Shown here in pieces: positions 62,706 to 64,000 of a DNA stretch of 64,000 nucleotides; the first letter of the stretch is position 1, and every line of letters begins with the position of its first letter. Under the pieces are notes generated by a model. It was not told the origin of the DNA and did no database searches. It worked only from the letters and a program-made list of their open reading frames with translations. This stretch comes from Plasmodiophora brassicae (lineage: Eukaryota): positions 1,798,001 to 1,862,000 of the forward strand of contig CP145410.1 in assembly GCA_036867785.1 (NCBI GenBank). The letters are read 5' to 3'. Both the position numbers and the translations under genes were made by a program.

Positions 62706-62793
62706 CACAGGGAACCCATCGGGGTCAAATCGGGGTCAATTGGGCAACGCGGCCTCCAGAATGGTGGTCGGTCAACCTGTCATACAGTTATAG
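59512..62793 (+). CDS. Copia gag-protease-integrase polyprotein, truncated at the start of reverse transcriptase
   Basis: Zn knuckle CSFCGIPGHGDADC; protease VDSGAT; WHARMGH..CESCIQGK; integrase DLKGP, RTDGGGEY, SQAER; RT start AMKSEL..NGTWSLVD, then foreign sequence. Confidence 0.93.
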   Translation: MGPYSSTKTARPITGTPTRSTAPMAVDTSSPPQGPAGQDLSTVSLDPQRPGPSQDAPTRTAYTAEQYHHFCEELTRQVAARDQEIQRLKAELASRQSPVDWTAQVKTPESFEKSDRLTGTQNWYTWSRRINNALDQAGLSAFLTGEAVCPLKPPGSHSCTCVGVANPFHRVDRAVAAFVCNQIADQCTVEAKAFPSTRHLLAHLDREYGSGRPEVKRSLVLEQRTRLDRLDHPTTPEKLKTFIVQVDDIQARLTDLGEPLSPEDVALKIIAKFDDPSQRAQALMSQKLSWDDLKTKMRINGILASSSSARAQNPVKRPRDAQQGARSSCSFCGIPGHGDADCRHRKKASEHFKAQRSKKAEAKPKPTSNGQTVKAINITDVFGDIPNTADMIEAYPYDSTTTSNSPPEPRCDIPVASGPQAVDTCSRNITSDRLCAMTTSHNPPPSNYDILVDSGATKHVAGNRSWFKEYEPSNGAAVSAANNENMSVSGKGTIPLVLEHSSKAPPTFMLLNNAWHVPALGSQVYFSVSAAADKGIQTLFDDTNVYLFRKSDGRILAVGDRIGDLYYLHHTMMRPEAVSHLRSLSTSNTATEATWHARMGHTNPMNLRALYRGMADGMKVEGRKQYFCESCIQGKGTRFPFQRKKRQDDNRKATEVLGRVCTDLKGPLIEALGGERYVMVLLDQHTHYITVYCFKHKNQAFDFYKQYRAHAKNMHDKEIKILRTDGGGEYVSTDFEQFLNDHGTVHEMTTPGSSQENSQAERAIRTLLNTARSLLHYAGAPVVFWREAMYFAAYIMNRLPTKALRGKTPYELWFKRKPDLSRMRTFGCAAYPIIPDAKRNNDLSGRSKKCIFLGYDERSSGYVLYDPSEHKFFPPNRDVYFNEEDFPFRQMDRSDPLFDWESEDPDDDTYVPDQSEGTDIPESCETEDEVCVSTRATSRRTRVPHQPASTSVLAQSRRTIPSLAQPSQQTSSSAQDGGSPGAAEVVSSERQHDSVRRSARKRPQREFDWFVNSGCINAVSCKRQKIHEPRSVKEALRGPYAAQWLQAMKSELTSHADNGTWSLVDTGNPSGSNRGQLGNAASRMVVGQPVIQL

Positions 62794-64000
62794 AGATCCC
62801 TTCATTCGGTCACACGTACGGTGTGTTTGGTGACTCTGCAGGAATTGCTACCACTGTGGGTCAATTCGGGGCATTCTGCTCCAGACTGGCCACATTGCGA
62901 TTTTCACAACATAAGTATCGTTTTCGGAAGTGCGTGAGTCGCGGCGTCATTGGTGTGCGTCTGTGAATGAGTCGACCACGCAGTCTGGGATCGAGTAGCG
63001 ACTCACCAGAGCATCCGGGCGGTGATGCTTCTCGGGACGTGAATATCTTCTTTGAGCATGTGCGCGAATACCAGCGTCGTCGCGCAGCTGCCGATTCTGA
63101 TCGCCAGCGGAACAACGTCGCCGCCGGCAACCGTTTTCTTGAGATTGCTCGTCGAGCTCTGAGCGAACGGCGCAATCCTTCAGTCGACGTCATGCACAAT
63201 CCGTTTCTCCGGCTCTTCGATGAGCACCGTCGGCGGCGCCAACGTCGACCGACGATGACTGTAACGAGGCATGGAGACAATGTTTCTGTGGAGCCGTTTG
63301 ATATCCGCCCGGCGCTGTTGGAGAACAATGCCCGTTCCAATGTTCAGGAATTCAACGAGTGGCGCGAAACTAACTGCAAAGAGTACATGAATGAGCTCAG
63401 GCTTTCCGATTTCCTGGTGGCCGAAATCAGCAAGAAGCTGGAGGAACTCGAGGCACCGAACATCGATCCGACAATTCTCGACAATTTCGATGAGGTGATG
63501 CGGTCAAAGGGATCGTACAACTCCCTCAATAATATGCTGAAGATTGCTTCCAACCGTGCTAAGGAGTCACGTATTCGTCGAAATGCACTGGTAATAACAC
63601 ACCGCTTTGTTCACGAATGTAAGTTCTCATGGTCATTTGGTAGATTCGTGATATTTGTGAGGCCAAAGGGGTACCAAGTGACGACTTTACTGATGCTCTG
63701 GATGTGGACCTGAATGCTACAGCCGAATCTATCAGTGTGTTACGCAGACACCTTCTGGATATGGGGGTGACGTCACCCTTTATCAGGTACAAGGCCTGCT
63801 GCGGTGGTCATGTGTGGCCCGATGGCGCAGATGTGCCATCGTCAGAGGCCTGCTGTCGTCAGTCAGAGCCGTGTATCTACTTTTCGCGAATTTTGTTTCT
63901 GCAGTGTCTGTTCCGGTCGAACACGTTCTGCAAGATGCTCCACGACGAACTCGACCGCCATCGAGAAATCGCATCGGCTCCTTTGAGAAGTACGTATATG
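62706..64000 (+). mobile_element. Probable CACTA/EnSpm (CMC) DNA transposon nested in the Copia element, partial
   Basis: Starts CACAG exactly where Copia homology ends. Subterminal gggtcaa(a/t)t repeats. ORF from 62967, intron 63591-63643, then an open Cys-rich exon to the window end. Confidence 0.55.

Overview
Gene-dense, GC-rich (about 60%) eukaryotic nuclear DNA with many short (about 45-70 nt) GT-AG introns, ciliary genes and candidate secreted proteins. The style suggests a plasmodiophorid such as Plasmodiophora brassicae, which is my inference and not verified. In order, the window holds: a signal-peptide orphan ORF of at least 888 aa running off the left edge (missing from the ORF track); a PH/RCC1/4x ubiquitin-like protein; three tandem paralogues of a roughly 1,570-aa TmcB/TmcC-like multi-pass PAS protein; a 5'-truncated Kelch plus class C GPCR gene; then SRRM1, a GPI-type SUEL lectin, EAF6, a secreted Skp1/POZ-ankyrin protein, GH2 beta-mannosidase, COX5B, WDR34, FIBP, TIP41, an ankyrin protein, a 7TM-RGS, a RING E3, an SLC12 transporter, a NOXRED1-like gene, an orphan and GPN1. 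Mobile and repeat DNA includes a 280-bp hairpin, a fold-back pogo relic, and an EF-hand gene broken by a Copia element that is itself broken by a probable CACTA/CMC transposon. All family calls come from motif recognition by eye; no searches were run.
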